A DNA stretch of 64,000 nucleotides from Scenedesmus sp. PABB004 (taxonomy: Eukaryota): contig JABVCE010000029.1 in NCBI GenBank assembly GCA_014905635.1, positions 62,001-126,000 on the forward strand. Direction: 5' to 3'. The first letter of the stretch is position 1. Each line of letters starts with the position of its first letter. Positions 1-12,529 of the stretch are shown one piece after another. The translations under genes and the position numbers were made by a program. The notes beneath the pieces are model-generated. The model did not search any database and was not told the DNA's origin. It worked only from the letters and a program-made list of their open reading frames with translations.

Positions 1-926
1 GGCGCCTCCTCCTCCTCCTCCTCCTCCTCCTCGTCGTCCTCCTCCTCCTCTTCCTGCTCCTCCCCCGCCTCCGCCACCACGGCGGCCTCCGGGATGTCCC
101 GCAGGCCGCCCTGCGCCGCGGCGCCGGCGTCGCCGCCGCCGCCGCCCGCGCCGCTGACGCGCGGCGCGGCCGGCGCGAGCGAGAGGTCGGGGCCCGTGTG
201 CACGGTGAGCCCGGAGAGCAGGTACACGAGCACCCCGCTGCTGGGCTCGACCGTGACCTCCAGCTGGTCGCGCTCCGCCTCCGTCAGGTACTGCACGCGC
301 TCGCACTCCAGCCGGCTGCGCGGCACGCCCGCGTCGCACAGGTCCACGGCGCGCCCCGCGCCCTCGTCCAGCCTGCGCGCGGCGCGGGGGCGCGCGTTGG
401 GCGCCGCTGCGCGGGCGCCGCCGCTGCGCCAGCCCGCGCCGCGCGTCGCCCAGCACGCAGCAGCGGCCCAGGCCGGCCCGGGACCAGCCCGCCCAAGGAG
501 CCCTAGACCCCAGCGCCGCGCACCAGTAGAAGAAGCGGTCATCGGTGTGGATGCCCCGCTGCGCCGGCGCGCCCGCCAGCACGCCCAGCGGCGCAGACGC
601 CGCGGCGTGCAGCGCCGCCGCCCCGCCGTCGCCGCTGCGGCGCGGCTTGGCGGCGCTGCCGGCGGCGGCGGCGCCCGGCTCGCCCGGCTCGCCGCAGTGC
701 GCGGCGGCGGCGGCGGTGGTGGCGGGGTCGTCGCTCGCCGCTACGTTCGCTGCGGAGCCTGCCACGTCGGCCGCGTCCACCGGCCCGGGCGCCGACATGC
801 TGCGCCGCGGCGTGGCGGGCGGCGCCGAGGCGCCTGCTGCGCCCCCGCCGTCCACGGCACCCTCCTGCTGCTGCTGCCCCTGCTGCTGCTCCGGCTGCTG
901 CTGCTGTTCCTGCTGCTGCCGCTGCC

Positions 927-969
<43 letters not shown>

Positions 970-1720
970 GTGCGGTGCCACCACCGCCGCCACGGCTGCC
1001 GCCTCTGCCGCCGCGAGCGCCGCGATCTCTGGCACGGCGCTGTAGGCGATGGGCGGCGCCGCCTGCTGCGGCGCGGCGGGCGCGCGCTGGCCCTTGGCCT
1101 GCTGCGCGAGCCAGTGGTCAAAGTAGGGGCGCAGGTTTGTGCCGTAGCGGTGCTTCGGGTCGGCGGCCTCGAGCCAGTGCTCGCACTGCAGGATGAGCGC
1201 GGTGCTGTTGGCGGCGAGGCCCTGCGCCGCGCGGGAGGCCGGCGCACGGGGGCGGGCGGCGGCGCCGCGTGTGAGCGGCCGGCCGGCGCGGCGCGGCGTC
1301 GCGGCGGGCGTCGCGCGGCGCGGCGCGGCGCGGCAGCCCTCGCAGCTGCCGCGAGCGCGCGCGCCTCACCTTGCCGACGCGCGCGGCCGCCTTTTGGCCG
1401 CGCACCCAGCGCCAGTAGAGGCTGATGGAGCGCGTGAAGCCCTCCTCCACCTCGTCAGCCTCCTCCGGCGGCGGCGCGGCGCCCGGGAGCGGCGGCGGCA
1501 CCGCCGGCGCGCCAGGCTGCTGCTGCTCCCGCGCCGCCGCCGGCGGCGCGGCGGCGCTGCGGGCTTGGGCGGCCGCCAGCGCCACGGCCGCGCTGCGCGC
1601 GAGGGCGGCGCAGCCAAAGCTCTGCGGCGGCGCCTCCGCCGCTGCCGCCGCGCCCGGCGCCGCCGCCGGCTGCAGCGGGGGCTCTGCCGCCGCGGGCGCG
1701 CGGCCCGCCGGCCCCGGCAT
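1..1720 (-). CDS. IQM-family (IQ-motif-containing) protein, 3' end runs off window; spliced
   Basis: Spliced exons give LQCEHWLEAADPKHRYGTNLRPYFDHW ... RFFYW|LDEG...PRSRLECERVQYLTEAERDQLEVTVE, matching the plant IQM motifs HWLEAIDPRHRYG and FFYWLD; poly-Q insert and acidic tract. Confidence 0.8.
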
Positions 1721-2236
1721 GTGCCCGGCGGGTGTGTGCCCCTGCGTGGCGCGTGTTGGCGCTGCCAGATTCGGGCCGGGGCGCGCTCGATGCGGTGAGG
1801 GGTGTGCCCTGCGCGCGGGAGCACTGTCTTCTGTCTCAAGTGTCACCGGAGGAGCGCGCGGCTGTGTGGGCGCCGGGGCGCGCCGCGCGCTTCAAGCGCG
1901 ATCAATGTCACTGCGCCTGTGACGCGCGCGCTGGCCTGCGGTTCCCTGTCCTCTGCCATCGGTCAGACACGCCGCTGCCCCACTGACCCGTGACCGCGCC
2001 GCCGTGCGTCGCTCCCCCGCCCCGACGAGCGCGCACGCCGCCGCTGCTGCCCGCGGCGCCGCTGCAGGGGACGCCGCCTGCTGCCCTGCGCGCACGCCTG
2101 CCCGCGGCTCGTCGGTGGCGGCACTGCCCACGCCCACGCCGCATCCGCGCGGCGGCGGCGCGGCGGGGAGGCCGCGCGGCGCCGCAGCAGCGGACGCGCC
2201 GCGCCGCGTGCGCGGGCCGCGCCGGGCGCCGCAGCG

Positions 2237-2852
2237 ATGTCCACGCGCGGGCGCAACACCAACCTCAACAGGGAGCTCGCCAACGACTGGCAGGGCTGGG
2301 TGCGCAAGTGGAAGCGGATCCCCGTGCCCTGCGAGGACGGCTCCGGTTGGGCCAACAAGCCGGGCCACGCGCCGCTCAAGCTGCTGCGCTGGGTGCAGAC
2401 GGGTGCGGCACGCGCCGGCGGGGCGCGGCGGCGCCGGCGCGCGGCGCGGCGGCGGCGCCCGGGCGCGCACGACGCCCGCCGCGCGCCGCCCGCCGCGACG
2501 CGCAGAGGAGCGCACGGGCAAGCCGGGCGCCAAGCGGCACCCTGACATCACACCGGTGGGAGCGGCGCGCCGCGGCCGCCGCGGCAGCGGCGCGCGGGCG
2601 GCGCGCCGAGCGACCCGGCCGCCCACGCCCGTCGCCCGTCGCCCGCGCCGCTGTTGCTGGCGCGCCCCGCCAGGTCACGGATGTGAGCCTCGTGCCGGGC
2701 GGCCGCATGGGCCCCGCTGTGCAGGGCGGCGACGCCCCCAAGGTCGCCGACCCCACCGCGGCGCCGCCGCTCATCCAGCCCAGCAGCCAGGCGGCGCCGT
2801 CGGACGGCGCCGCGCCGGCGCCCGCAGCAGCGGGCGGCACGGGCCCGCCGCC

Positions 2853-2896
<44 letters not shown>

Positions 2897-3417
2897 CGGC
2901 ACCGGCAGCGGCCGGCGCCGCGCCGCTGCGGGTGGACGTCGCGGCCGGCGCGGCGGGGCCACCCGGCGGCGTCACGCCCAGCAGCGTGGCGCCGCCGTCG
3001 CTGCTCGCCGCCAGTGGCGGCGCCGCCGGCGTCGCCGCGCCCAGCCCGTCGGGCCTGACCGTGAGCTTCAGCGCCCAGCCCTCCGGCAGCCAGCCGGCCG
3101 GCGTCACGGGCAGGACGGCGAGCGAGTACACGGGCGGCACCGACAGCGAGGCGCTCGGCCGGCTGCCCCACGGCGCGGCGTCCGACTTCACCGGCGGTGC
3201 GCCGCGCCGCCCCTCGCTGCACTGCACGCGCGCGGCGCCGCCCCTCGCTGCACTGCACGCGCGCGGCGGCCGCCCGAGCGCCGCGGCGCGCGCGCGTGCC
3301 CACACGCCGCCCGCGCCGCGCCGCCGCCCCGCAGGCACCGACTCGATGGACATCGATGCCCTGGGGCAGCACAGCCAGGGCGCGGCGTCGGCGCAGCGGC
3401 GCGGCGGCGTCACCGCG

Positions 3418-3450
<33 letters not shown>

Positions 3451-3600
3451 GCGGAGGAGGGGGAGGAGGAGGAGCTGGAGGGCGATGATGATGATGAGGA
3501 GGACGAGGACGGCGGCCAGCGGCACGGCGTTGCGGCGCCGCGCGGCTGGGCGGCGGCGGCGGACGGGCTCGAGGGCGGCGACGACGACATGCCGGAGTGA
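2237..3600 (+). CDS. BCL7/BDH-like small nuclear protein (putative SWI/SNF subunit) with low-complexity, acidic tail; 4 exons
   Basis: N-terminus GWVRKWKRIPVP...PLKLLRWVQ resembles the BCL7 N-terminal pattern VRKW-K-W-V...L-KW; GT-AG introns; Asp/Glu tail ending in TGA at 3600. Confidence 0.55.
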
Positions 3601-3757
3601 CGGGCGGCAGCGCGCGGGCGCGGCCGTTTGCACATTCAATTGAAACCTTCGCACGCCGCTCACGAGCGGCAGCAGCAGGCCGCCCACACGCTGCACGCAG
3701 GCAGGCCCGCGCGCGCTCGCCGCCGCGCCCGCTGACCGCCGCGCCCCCGAGGCGCGA

Positions 3758-6700
3758 TCACAGCGGCAGCACGCTCGGGCGCTTCACCGGCGCGCCCGCG
3801 AGGTACACGTCGCTCAGCGGCGCGGACGCGGGGGCGCCCGCGGCGGCGTCCTCCGTCAGCAGCTGGCGCCAGCGCGCCGCGTCGCCGGGCGGCAGCTCCT
3901 GGTCCAGGTCCTCCAGCCCCACCACGACCGTCGCGGACGGGCCGCCGCCGCGCGCGCCGCCCGGCGGCGGCATGCCGAGCAGGCCGCTCAGCAGGCCGCC
4001 CATGCCGCCGGCGCCGCCGCCGGCGCCGCCGCCGCCGCCCATGAGCGACCCGGCGACGCTGCTGATGAGGGGCTGCAGCGCGGGGTCGCTCGCGAGCTGG
4101 CCGGCCATCTGCAGCAGGCCGCCCATGCCGCCCGCGCCGCCGGGGCCGCCGCCGCCGCCGGGGCCGCCGGCGCCGCCCATCATCAGCTGCATCAGCCCGC
4201 CCAGGTCGCCGCCGGGCCCGCCGGCCGCGGCGCCGGCCGCCGGGCGCGGCCCCGCCGCGCCGGGCGCGCCGGGCGGGCCGCCCATCATGCCTCCCAGCAT
4301 CTGCATCAGGCCGGCCATGTCCGGCGCGCCCGCGGCGCCGCCGCCGCCGGGCGCCGCGCCCGGCGCGGGCGCGCGCGGCGGCGGCGCGGCGCGTGGCGGC
4401 GCGGCGCGCGGCGGCGCGGCGGCCGCGGCGCCGGCGGACGAGCCGGCGCCGCCCGCGGTGCTGCTGGCGCCGGCGTCGCCGGCGCCCGCCGCCTTGCGCT
4501 TGGCCGGCAGGCTGCCCGACTTCAGGCCCAGCCCCAGGCCGCGCGGCTGCCCCGCCGCGGCGCCGCCAGCGGGCGCCGTCGCCGCCGCTGTCGCCGCGGG
4601 GGCTGCTGCGGGGGCCGCCGCCGCCGCGGGCGCGCCGGGCGCGGCCGCGGCGGCCGCCGCGGCGCGCGCCGCGGCCGCCTGCGCCTGCCGCGCGGCCGCC
4701 TGCGCCTGCGCGCCCGCCTCGGCCGCGGCGCTCGCGGCCGCGGCGGCGGCGCCCGCGGCGTTTGCGGCCGCGCCGAGCACGCTGCCCAGGGGCGCGGCGT
4801 TGGGCAGCAGCACCTGCTGCACCGCGTGCGCGATGTCCAGGCCGTTGGCCTCGCGCCCCGCCGTCGCCTCGACCTCCTGCAGCCGCGCCTCGATGCCGCG
4901 CACGTTGGCGGTGATCGCCTGCGTCACCGCGCCGAGCACGCGGCCGACCGTCGCCGCGACCTGCCCGCTCGCCGCCGCGCTCGCGCTCGCGGCGGCCGCC
5001 TCAAACTGCCCGCTCGCGACCTGCTGCCGGTGCGCGCGCACCGCGCCCGCGACGTCGCTCGCGGCCTGCTGCAGCACGGGCGCGAGCGACGCGCTCAGCG
5101 CCGACGCGACCATCTCGGCCAGCGCCGCCCCGCTCGCGCCCGCGCCGCCCGCGCCCGCGCCCGCGCCGCCCGCGCCGGCTGCTGCGCCGGTGCTGGCGCC
5201 GGCACCGCGGCCGCTGGCGGCGGCGCGGGGGAGGCTGGCCTGGGGATACAGCGTGGGGAAGGCCGGCTCCAGGCCTGAGGGGCAGCGGGCAGGGGGGCGG
5301 GGAGCGTGTCGGCGGCGGCAGGGGAGGGCGGCGGCAAGGCAGCGGCGCGGCGGCGGCGCGGCGCGCACCGCTCGCGCCCTCGCGCAGCACGGCCGCGGCG
5401 TTGGCGGCGATGGCGACCGGGTTGCCCTGCACCGCGAGGCTGGCGGCCGACGCGGCGCGCGCGAGCTCCACCAGCAGCGCCGCGGCGGCCGCGAGCTGGC
5501 CGCTCAGGCCGTTGAGCGCCGCCTGCGTCGCGTGCGCGGCGGCGGCGCCCTGCTGCGCTGCGCCGGCGAGCTGCGACGCCGCGGCGCCGACCGCCGCCGC
5601 GAGCGGGCCGCCGAGGTAGGTCTGCGCGCGGGCGAGCAGCACCGACAGCGCCGCCAGCACCAGGCGCGCGTCCACGCTCGCGCCTGCGCGCGCGGCGGCC
5701 GCAGCAGCGGCGGCAGCACGGCGACAGTGTCAGCGCGTCTCCGAACAAGGAACGACGCAAGGGGGGAGACACCCGAGGGCGCTGGCGGCGGGCCGGCCGA
5801 CGGCGCCGAGCGGCGCCCGCCGGCCCGCGGGCGGGCCGCACCTTGGGACGCGACCGCGCCGCTGAGAAGGGCCTGCTGCTCCGCCGTGAGCGTCGCGCCG
5901 CCGAGGATGCTCTGCAACGCGTCCAGGAGCGCGCGCTGCAGCTGCTGCGCGCCTGCGCGACGGGGTGGGTGCGGCGGGCGCCTCGGCGCCGCGCCGCGCC
6001 GCCGCGTGGCCCGCGTGGCCCGCGCCCAGCTGCAGCGTGGCCCGCGCCCGCCGGAGCGTGGCCCGCGCGACCCGCACCCGCATCCGCCGGCGGCAGCCCC
6101 GGCGCCAGGGACGTCACGGGCATGACGGGAAACTCGCCCCCGGCCGACAGGCGGGCCAGCAGGTCGGCAATGCTCTGCAGCAGGTGCGCCGGCGGCGCGG
6201 CGCCGGGCGCGGCACCCGGCGCGGCGCCGGGCGCGGCGGTGGCGCCGCCCAGCGCGGAGAACACGCCCTGCAGCAGCTGCGGGGCGGGGCCGCGGCGGGC
6301 GCGCGTGAGGCGGGGGCGCGCGGCACGCAGGGAGGGGCGCGCGCCTGTGCGCGCCGCGCAAATCGTCGCAGCACACCCGGCTCAAGTCAGGCGGCAGCCC
6401 CGCGCCCTGCGGCTCCGCGCCCGCCGTGCCGGGCGCTGTGGGGCGGCGGCGGCGGCGGCGGCGTCACGGTGGGCTCGCGGCAGGCGAAGGCAGCAGCGGC
6501 AGGCGAAGGCAGCAGCGGCAGCGGCAGCGGCAGCGGCAGCGGCAGCAGCAGCAGCGGCGCCGGCGGGCGAGCGCGCACCCGGCGCGTCGGCCGGGCGCTC
6601 CACCAGGTGGATGGTGTTGCCATGCTCCACGCCTGCGGTCCGGGGCGGCGCCGGGCGTCGGCGGGCATGCATGCGGCGCGGCCCCGCCTGCGCCGCCCGG

Positions 6701-6971
6701 ACCGTTCCGCCGCACCCGCTTCTGCCAGCGTCGCGCCGTCCGCGATCACTCGTCCCCGAAAGATCAGGCGCTGGCGGTCCGCGGGCACGCCCAGCACGGA
6801 GGCGAGGAGCGCCTTGGCGTCGGCGCCGGTGGCCTGCGCGGCGGCGCGTGCGTGTGCGTCGGCGGGCCGCCGAGACCCGCGGGCCGCCGCCCCCGCCGCG
6901 TCCGCACTCACGCTGGGCTCTATCTCCACCTCGTGCACCGACTGGTCGAGCAGCTTGACCTTGAGCAACAT
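3758..6971 (-). CDS. BAG6: BAG6/CIP73-like protein with N-terminal ubiquitin-like domain
   Basis: MLLKVKLLDQSVHEVEI...VPADRQRLIFRGRVIADGATL...GVEHGNTIHLVER (UBL domain); C-terminal WRQLLTED...PLSDVYLAGAPVKR matches the BAG6 PLSDAYLSGMPAKRRK motif. Confidence 0.75.
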
Positions 6972-7155
6972 GCTGCCCGAGCGCCGCTGCCGCCGCCTGA
7001 GTGGGTCGCAGGCGCGCGATCGATTGCCGCGGCGCGGCTGGGCCTGTGCAGGGCCTGTGGTCTGCAGGGCCTTTGGACGCGGTGTGGCAGCGAGCGGCTG
7101 AGAGGCAACTGCCGTCACAACGCAACCGCGCGTGCCAAAACCGCGTGGCACTGGC

Positions 7156-8851
7156 TCAGCTGCACGCGACGTCGCCGCCGCCGCCGCCCGCCGCCGCCGC
7201 CGCGCCGCCGGCCTTGCGGCGCAGGGTGAGGCTGCCGGCCGAGTCCGAGGCGCGGCGCAGCACCGCGACCCAGGCAGAGGCCCAGCTGCCACTCGCCTCG
7301 CCCGCCAGCAGGCCGTCCAGCTCGGCGCCGGCGCCGGCGGGCGCCGAGGCCGGCGCGCCGCCCGCCGCCGCGCCGCCCGCCGCCTCGCCGCCCGCCGCGC
7401 CGCCGGCCGCGCCCGGCGCCGCCGCCGCGGCGGCGCCGCCCCCGGCCGCGCCGTCGGCTGCCGAGGCGGCGGCGCCGCCCGGCGAGTCCTGGTGCAGCAG
7501 CGCGAGCAGGCGCGCCAGGATGACATCTTGCCAGGCGGGGATGAGCAGCAGGCCCGCGCCGTGCGCGGCGGCGGGGTTGTACAGCACCTGGGGTTGAGGG
7601 GCGGCGCGCGGGCGCGCGGGCGCGCGGGCGCGTGGGTGCGCAGGCGCGGGGGTTGCGGCGCGGGCAGACGCGCCCGCCGGGGCCCGCGCGCCGCCGCCGG
7701 GGGCCCGCGCGCCACCACCGCCGCGCCCCACCTGCGCGCTCGTGTGGTCCTCGAGCCAGCGCCGCACGTGCAGCGTGGGGCAGAGGATGTCGGCGCCGCT
7801 GAGCACCACGAGCGTGCGGGGCGGGAGGTCCTCGGTCCAGAGGTTGATGCTCGTCCAAAAGAAGGAGCGGCAGAAGGAGCGCGCACAGTGAATCTCGCTG
7901 CTCAGCAGCAGGATCAGCCCGTCCGTGAGCAGCTGCGCGCGGCGGCGACGCCGGGTCGGGCCGCGGCCGGCCGTGCGCGCGGCGCGGCGCGGGCCGCAGC
8001 GCGCGGCGCGGCGGCGCGGGCCGCAGCGCGCGGCGCGGGCCGCAGCGCGCGGCGCGGGCCGCAGCGCGCGGCGCTGCGCGGCGCGTGCCTGGCCGCAGAG
8101 GTGTCGTGAGTAGAGGAAGAACTTGACCAGGCAGGGCTGGTACATGGACAAGCAGACCTGGCCAGGCCGAGGGCCGGCCGGGCGGGCGCGCGGGCGCGCA
8201 GGCGGGGCCGTGGGCACCCAGGCGCGCGGCGGCCGCGCGGCGCGGCGGCGGAGGAGCGCGCGCCCGGGTGCGCGGCGCCGCTGCTGCTCCCGCCGCGGCG
8301 CGCCGGGTCGTGCCGGGTCGCACCGGGTCAATGAGCGCGAGCGTGTGCACCGCGGACGGCCAGCGCTTGACGAAGCGCGCGGCGACGCAGGTGCCTGGCG
8401 GCGCGGCGGGTGGCGCGCGCGTCGGGCGGCGGCGGCGGCACGCGCGGCGCGCGGCGTGCGGCGGCGGGGCGGGGCGGGGCGGGGCGGGGCGCCCGCGCAC
8501 CGTAGCTGTGGCCGATGATCGCCGCGCTGGCCACACCGTGGCGGGACATGGCCTCCAGCGTGAGCTCGGCGCAGTCGTCGACGCTGGGAAAGGTCCTGCG
8601 CGCGGCGCCGCCGGTGCCGGCGGCAGCGGGGCGGCAGCGGCAGCGGCGGTTGAGGGCAGCCGCGCCGCGCGCGGGGCCGCCGCGTGCGGGGCCGCCGAGC
8701 GCCGCGGCGCCGCACCGCGTGAGGCGCATCGACACGTGCTTCCACGACGGCAGCAGCAGCGGGTGCGCGTCGGGCAGCGCGGCGAGCTTCCACACGAGCC
8801 CCACGTATGGCAGCAGCCCCGCGCCGACGCCGTGCAGCAGCACAAGCGGCA

Positions 8852-8929
<78 letters not shown>

Positions 8930-10084
8930 GCCGCGCGCCGCGCGGCCGCCGCCGCGCCGCCCGGCGGCGCAGGCCACGCGTGAAGTAGACGCCGCCGGCC
9001 GGCAGCGCGTGGCGGGTGAAGCCGTTGGCCGCGAGCATCGCCCAGCCGAGGAGCTCGAGGGCCTCCATGACGGCGTAGAAGACCAGCGGGCGGTACACGT
9101 GCGGCACGTCGTCCCTGGCGCGCCGCGGCGGCGGCACGCGGCGGCGGCGGGTGGGCGGCGGCGGCAGGGCGGGTGCGGCGGGGCGCGGCGCGCATGGGCG
9201 GGGCGCGCGGCGTTGCGGGGCGGGGCGCGGCGGGGCGCGGCGGCAGCTGTGATGAGCCCTGGGCCCTGAGGGTTTAGGGTTGCTGAACCCTAGGGTTCAT
9301 TCAGTCCCTCCGCCCCGCGCGCACCAGAGGTGGCTCATGAAGCGCAGGTCTGGGTTGTACCCGGGCGGCAGCGCCAGGCCGTGCATGCCCTCCAGGCGGC
9401 CCAGCAGCGCCTCGAGCTCCGGCAGCCGCCCCTCCGCCTCGACGTCCGCCCTGCGCCCGCGCGCGCGCGGGCGGCAGGCCGCGTGGGCGGCGGCCCGCGT
9501 GAGCGGCGGCGGCCCGCGGCAGCGGCGTCCCAGCGCTCACAGCGTCTTGTAGCAGATCGCGTACGCGAGCAGCTCCAGCACGTTGCGGCGGCAGATGGCC
9601 TGCGGGCGGGCGGGCGGGCGCGTGCGTGCGTGGGCGCTACTGGGCGGCCTCGCTGCGCCGCGCCAAACGTGCGCCACGCCGCGCCGAGCGTGCGCCGCGC
9701 CGCGCCGCGCGCCTCGAACGGCGCGTCCAGGAACCAGGCGGAGAGGTAGGCGCGCATGTCGTCCACGCGCTGCGCGTGCACGCACGCCAGGCAGCGTGGG
9801 CGCGGTGCGGGCGCTGGTCGCGGGGCGCGGGGCGCTGCTCGCGCGGGCGGCGCCGCACCTCCATGTGCGCCAGGAAGGACGGATAGACCTGGCGGGGGTC
9901 GTAGCCCGGCGGCGCGGCGAGGTCGGGCGCGTTGACGTGGGCCACCAGGTCCAGGAAGAAGTAGGCTGCAAAGGCCAGCTCCGCCGTCGCGACGCCGAGC
10001 AGCACCGCGCGGCCCCACCCCGCGGCCACGAGCGCAGCCACCGCGCCCGCCAGCGGCACCACCAGGCCCAGCACGGCGGCCATG
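7156..10084 (-). CDS. Alpha/beta-hydrolase with N-terminal membrane anchor; about 10 exons
   Basis: PLVLLHGVG oxyanion motif, IIGHSYG nucleophile elbow, LALIDP, LSGADILCP (Asp), AAHG (His); hydrophobic N-terminus. Confidence 0.85.
8853..8927. repeat. (GCC)n microsatellite encoding poly-Gly in the hydrolase
   Basis: About 25 uninterrupted GCC units. Confidence 0.9.
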
Positions 10085-10605
10085 CAGGCCGCCGCCGCGC
10101 GCGCGCGGGCGCCACGCATTGCTGGCGGCCTCGGCGCGGGCGGCAACCGCCGCTGCTGCCGCCGCGGGGACCGCGCGCGCTGCCGGCAGCCGGGCGGGGG
10201 CGGTGGGGTGCGGCTGATCCGGACGCGCGGCTGGAGGGGGCGAGCCCCACCGGGGCGTGGGCTGCGTCGCGGCAGCAGCGGCGGCGGCCGAGCGGGGACA
10301 GCAGCGCGTGCGCCGGCGATCGCAGGATGGTGCGTCCCTGCCGCCTTGGCCGGGCGGACGCCGCTGGAGTGCGTCGAGCGGCCGCGCCCCGCGGGGTGGA
10401 TGCCGCCTCGCCGCGCGTCTGCGACGAGCGTTGAGACCCGAGACTGCCGAGCGGCACGCGGCTCGCCCGGCCCACGTTGGCCATTCCCCTGCGCCTCCCG
10501 ACACCAACGACACGCGCGCCATGCATGCGTGAGCTCGGTGCCAGCCTCTCGAGCCTTGCGGGCTCGCTGCGCGCCCCGCCGCGCCGCCTGCTGCCAGCAT
10601 CGACC

Positions 10606-11813
10606 ATGGAGCGCAGCGAGTGGGCGCGGCAGGAGGTGGAGCAGCTCTGGGCGCTGTTGCGGAGCCTGCCGCTGCCCTGGCTCGGCGCAGAGCGGGGCGA
10701 TGGCGAGCCGGAGAAGCGTCACGCGCAGCAGCAGCAGCAGCAGCGGCTCTCCACCGCTATGCAGGCCGCGGCGGTGGTCGACGGCGTGGGCGTGTGGCGC
10801 ACGCGGCTGCTCGGCACGGCGTCGGTGCTGCAGTTTGGCGGCCTCGCGTCGGCGGCCGTCTCCGCGCTCTCGCCGCAGGTGCGCGGCGGCGCCCGCCCGG
10901 CCCGCTGCGCACGCGCGGGAGGGCCGGCGAGCGGCCGGGGCGGAGGGAGCGCCGGCGGCGCGCCGCCCGAGCCGGCGCGGCGACGACGCCCGCCGCGCGC
11001 GTGCTGCTGCGACTTCAGGGGCCGGGGTGCTGCGACTTCAACGGCCGCGAGCGCGTGGCCAACGTGCTCACCTCGCTCCCGTACGCGGCGATTGGCATTC
11101 ACGGCGTCCGCCGGCGCCGCACCGCCGCGGGCAAGCTGTGGGCGGCGAGCATGCTGGGCGTGTGCGGCGCGAGCATGACCTTCCACGTCAGCTCTGGCAA
11201 GTGGCGCGACCTCGGGCGCAAGCTCGACTACTGGTGCGCCGCGCCCGCGCCGCGCTGCGCGCCGTGCGCCGCGCTGGGCCCGCGCCCGCGCCCGCGCCGA
11301 CCCCGCGCGCGCGCCCGCGCCGACCCCGCGCGCCGCCGCAGGACCATCGCGGCGAGCAGCGGCGTGCTCACGCGCGCGCTGTACCCGCGCCTGCCCGCGC
11401 CCGTGACGGCGGCGAGCCTCGCGCTCACGCCGTTCCGGCCGTTCCACGTCGCCACGGCCAACGCGGTCGCGATGGAGGCCAAGTTCCTCGCGCGCGCGCT
11501 GCAGAGCCCCGACCTGCGCGGCGCGCAGAAGCTGCACAGCGCCGCGTGCGTCGCGGGCATGGCGCTGTTTGCAGTCGAGGACGCGAGCGTGCCGCACGTG
11601 CCGCTCGTGCACGCGACCTGGCACTGCCTCTCCGCGCTCGGCACCGCGTACGTCAACGCGCTGCTCGCCGACGCGGAGGAGCAGTTCCCGCAGCTCACGC
11701 TCGACGGCGGCCGCGCCGCCGCGCGGCGCGCGGGCGCGGGCGCGGGCGGCGCGGCGCCGCCGCGGCTCGACGTGTCGCCGCTCGACGCCGCGCCGGCGGG
11801 CGCGGCGCAGTGA
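10606..11813 (+). CDS. CREST-superfamily (ceramidase/PAQR-like) multi-pass membrane protein; 3 exons
   Basis: ERVANVLTSLPY, SxxxH (ASMTFH), LDY and HxxWH (VHATWH) motifs; start could be slightly upstream. Confidence 0.75.
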
Positions 11814-12529
11814 GCGCGGGGCGGCGCAGTCAGGGCGCAGTGGGGGCGGCGCGGCGCGGCCCCGCATCAGTCTCTCACCTGACTTTGGGAGTGCCGCAGC
11901 AGGGGCTGCAGCAGCCGGCCGCGCGCACCAGCGCGCGCCGCGGCCGGCAGCGGCGGCCGCGCCCTGTGGTGCGGCCGCCGCCGGGGCCCGGCGCGGCAGC
12001 GCGGGAACGCGGGCGGCGGCGTGTGCGAGCGAGTCTGGGGCTAGCAGCAGGTGAGGGGTGAAGAAGCCAAGGGCGTGACGGCTGGCTGCCGCGCGCGTGT
12101 CGTGTCGCGCGGCGGCGTGGTGTGTGCGGGCTCGGCACCATGGTGGGACCGGGGCGGGCGGGTGCGCTGCCGGCGGGCGCGCGTGTACATCATTCGTCAC
12201 TCTTGTTGTCGCTCTTGTTGTTGCTGTTGTTGTTGCTTGGCCCGCAGCCGCAGCACTCCAGCGCCGCGCAGCGGCGTCATGACGTGACCGGCACGCGCGG
12301 GCGGGCGGCGCGGCGGCCAGGATCGTGCCGCGCTGCGAAGGAGGTGCGGCTCGTTACTGAGGTAACGGCGGCGTCGCTCGTCAGGCCAGGGTGTCAAGCA
12401 GGCCAGCGCCGCCGTTCAGGTCGGCGCGGCGGGGGGCCGCAGCAACAGCAGCAGCAGCAGAAAGAAGAAGAAGAATTAAGAGGGGAAGGGTGGGCCTGGG
12501 GCAGGCCACGCCCGACGGACACCGCGCGC

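Noticed and set aside
9249..9287. GTGATGA...CTGA snoRNA-like motifs
   Set aside because: Too short, antisense to the host intron, and no guide sequence
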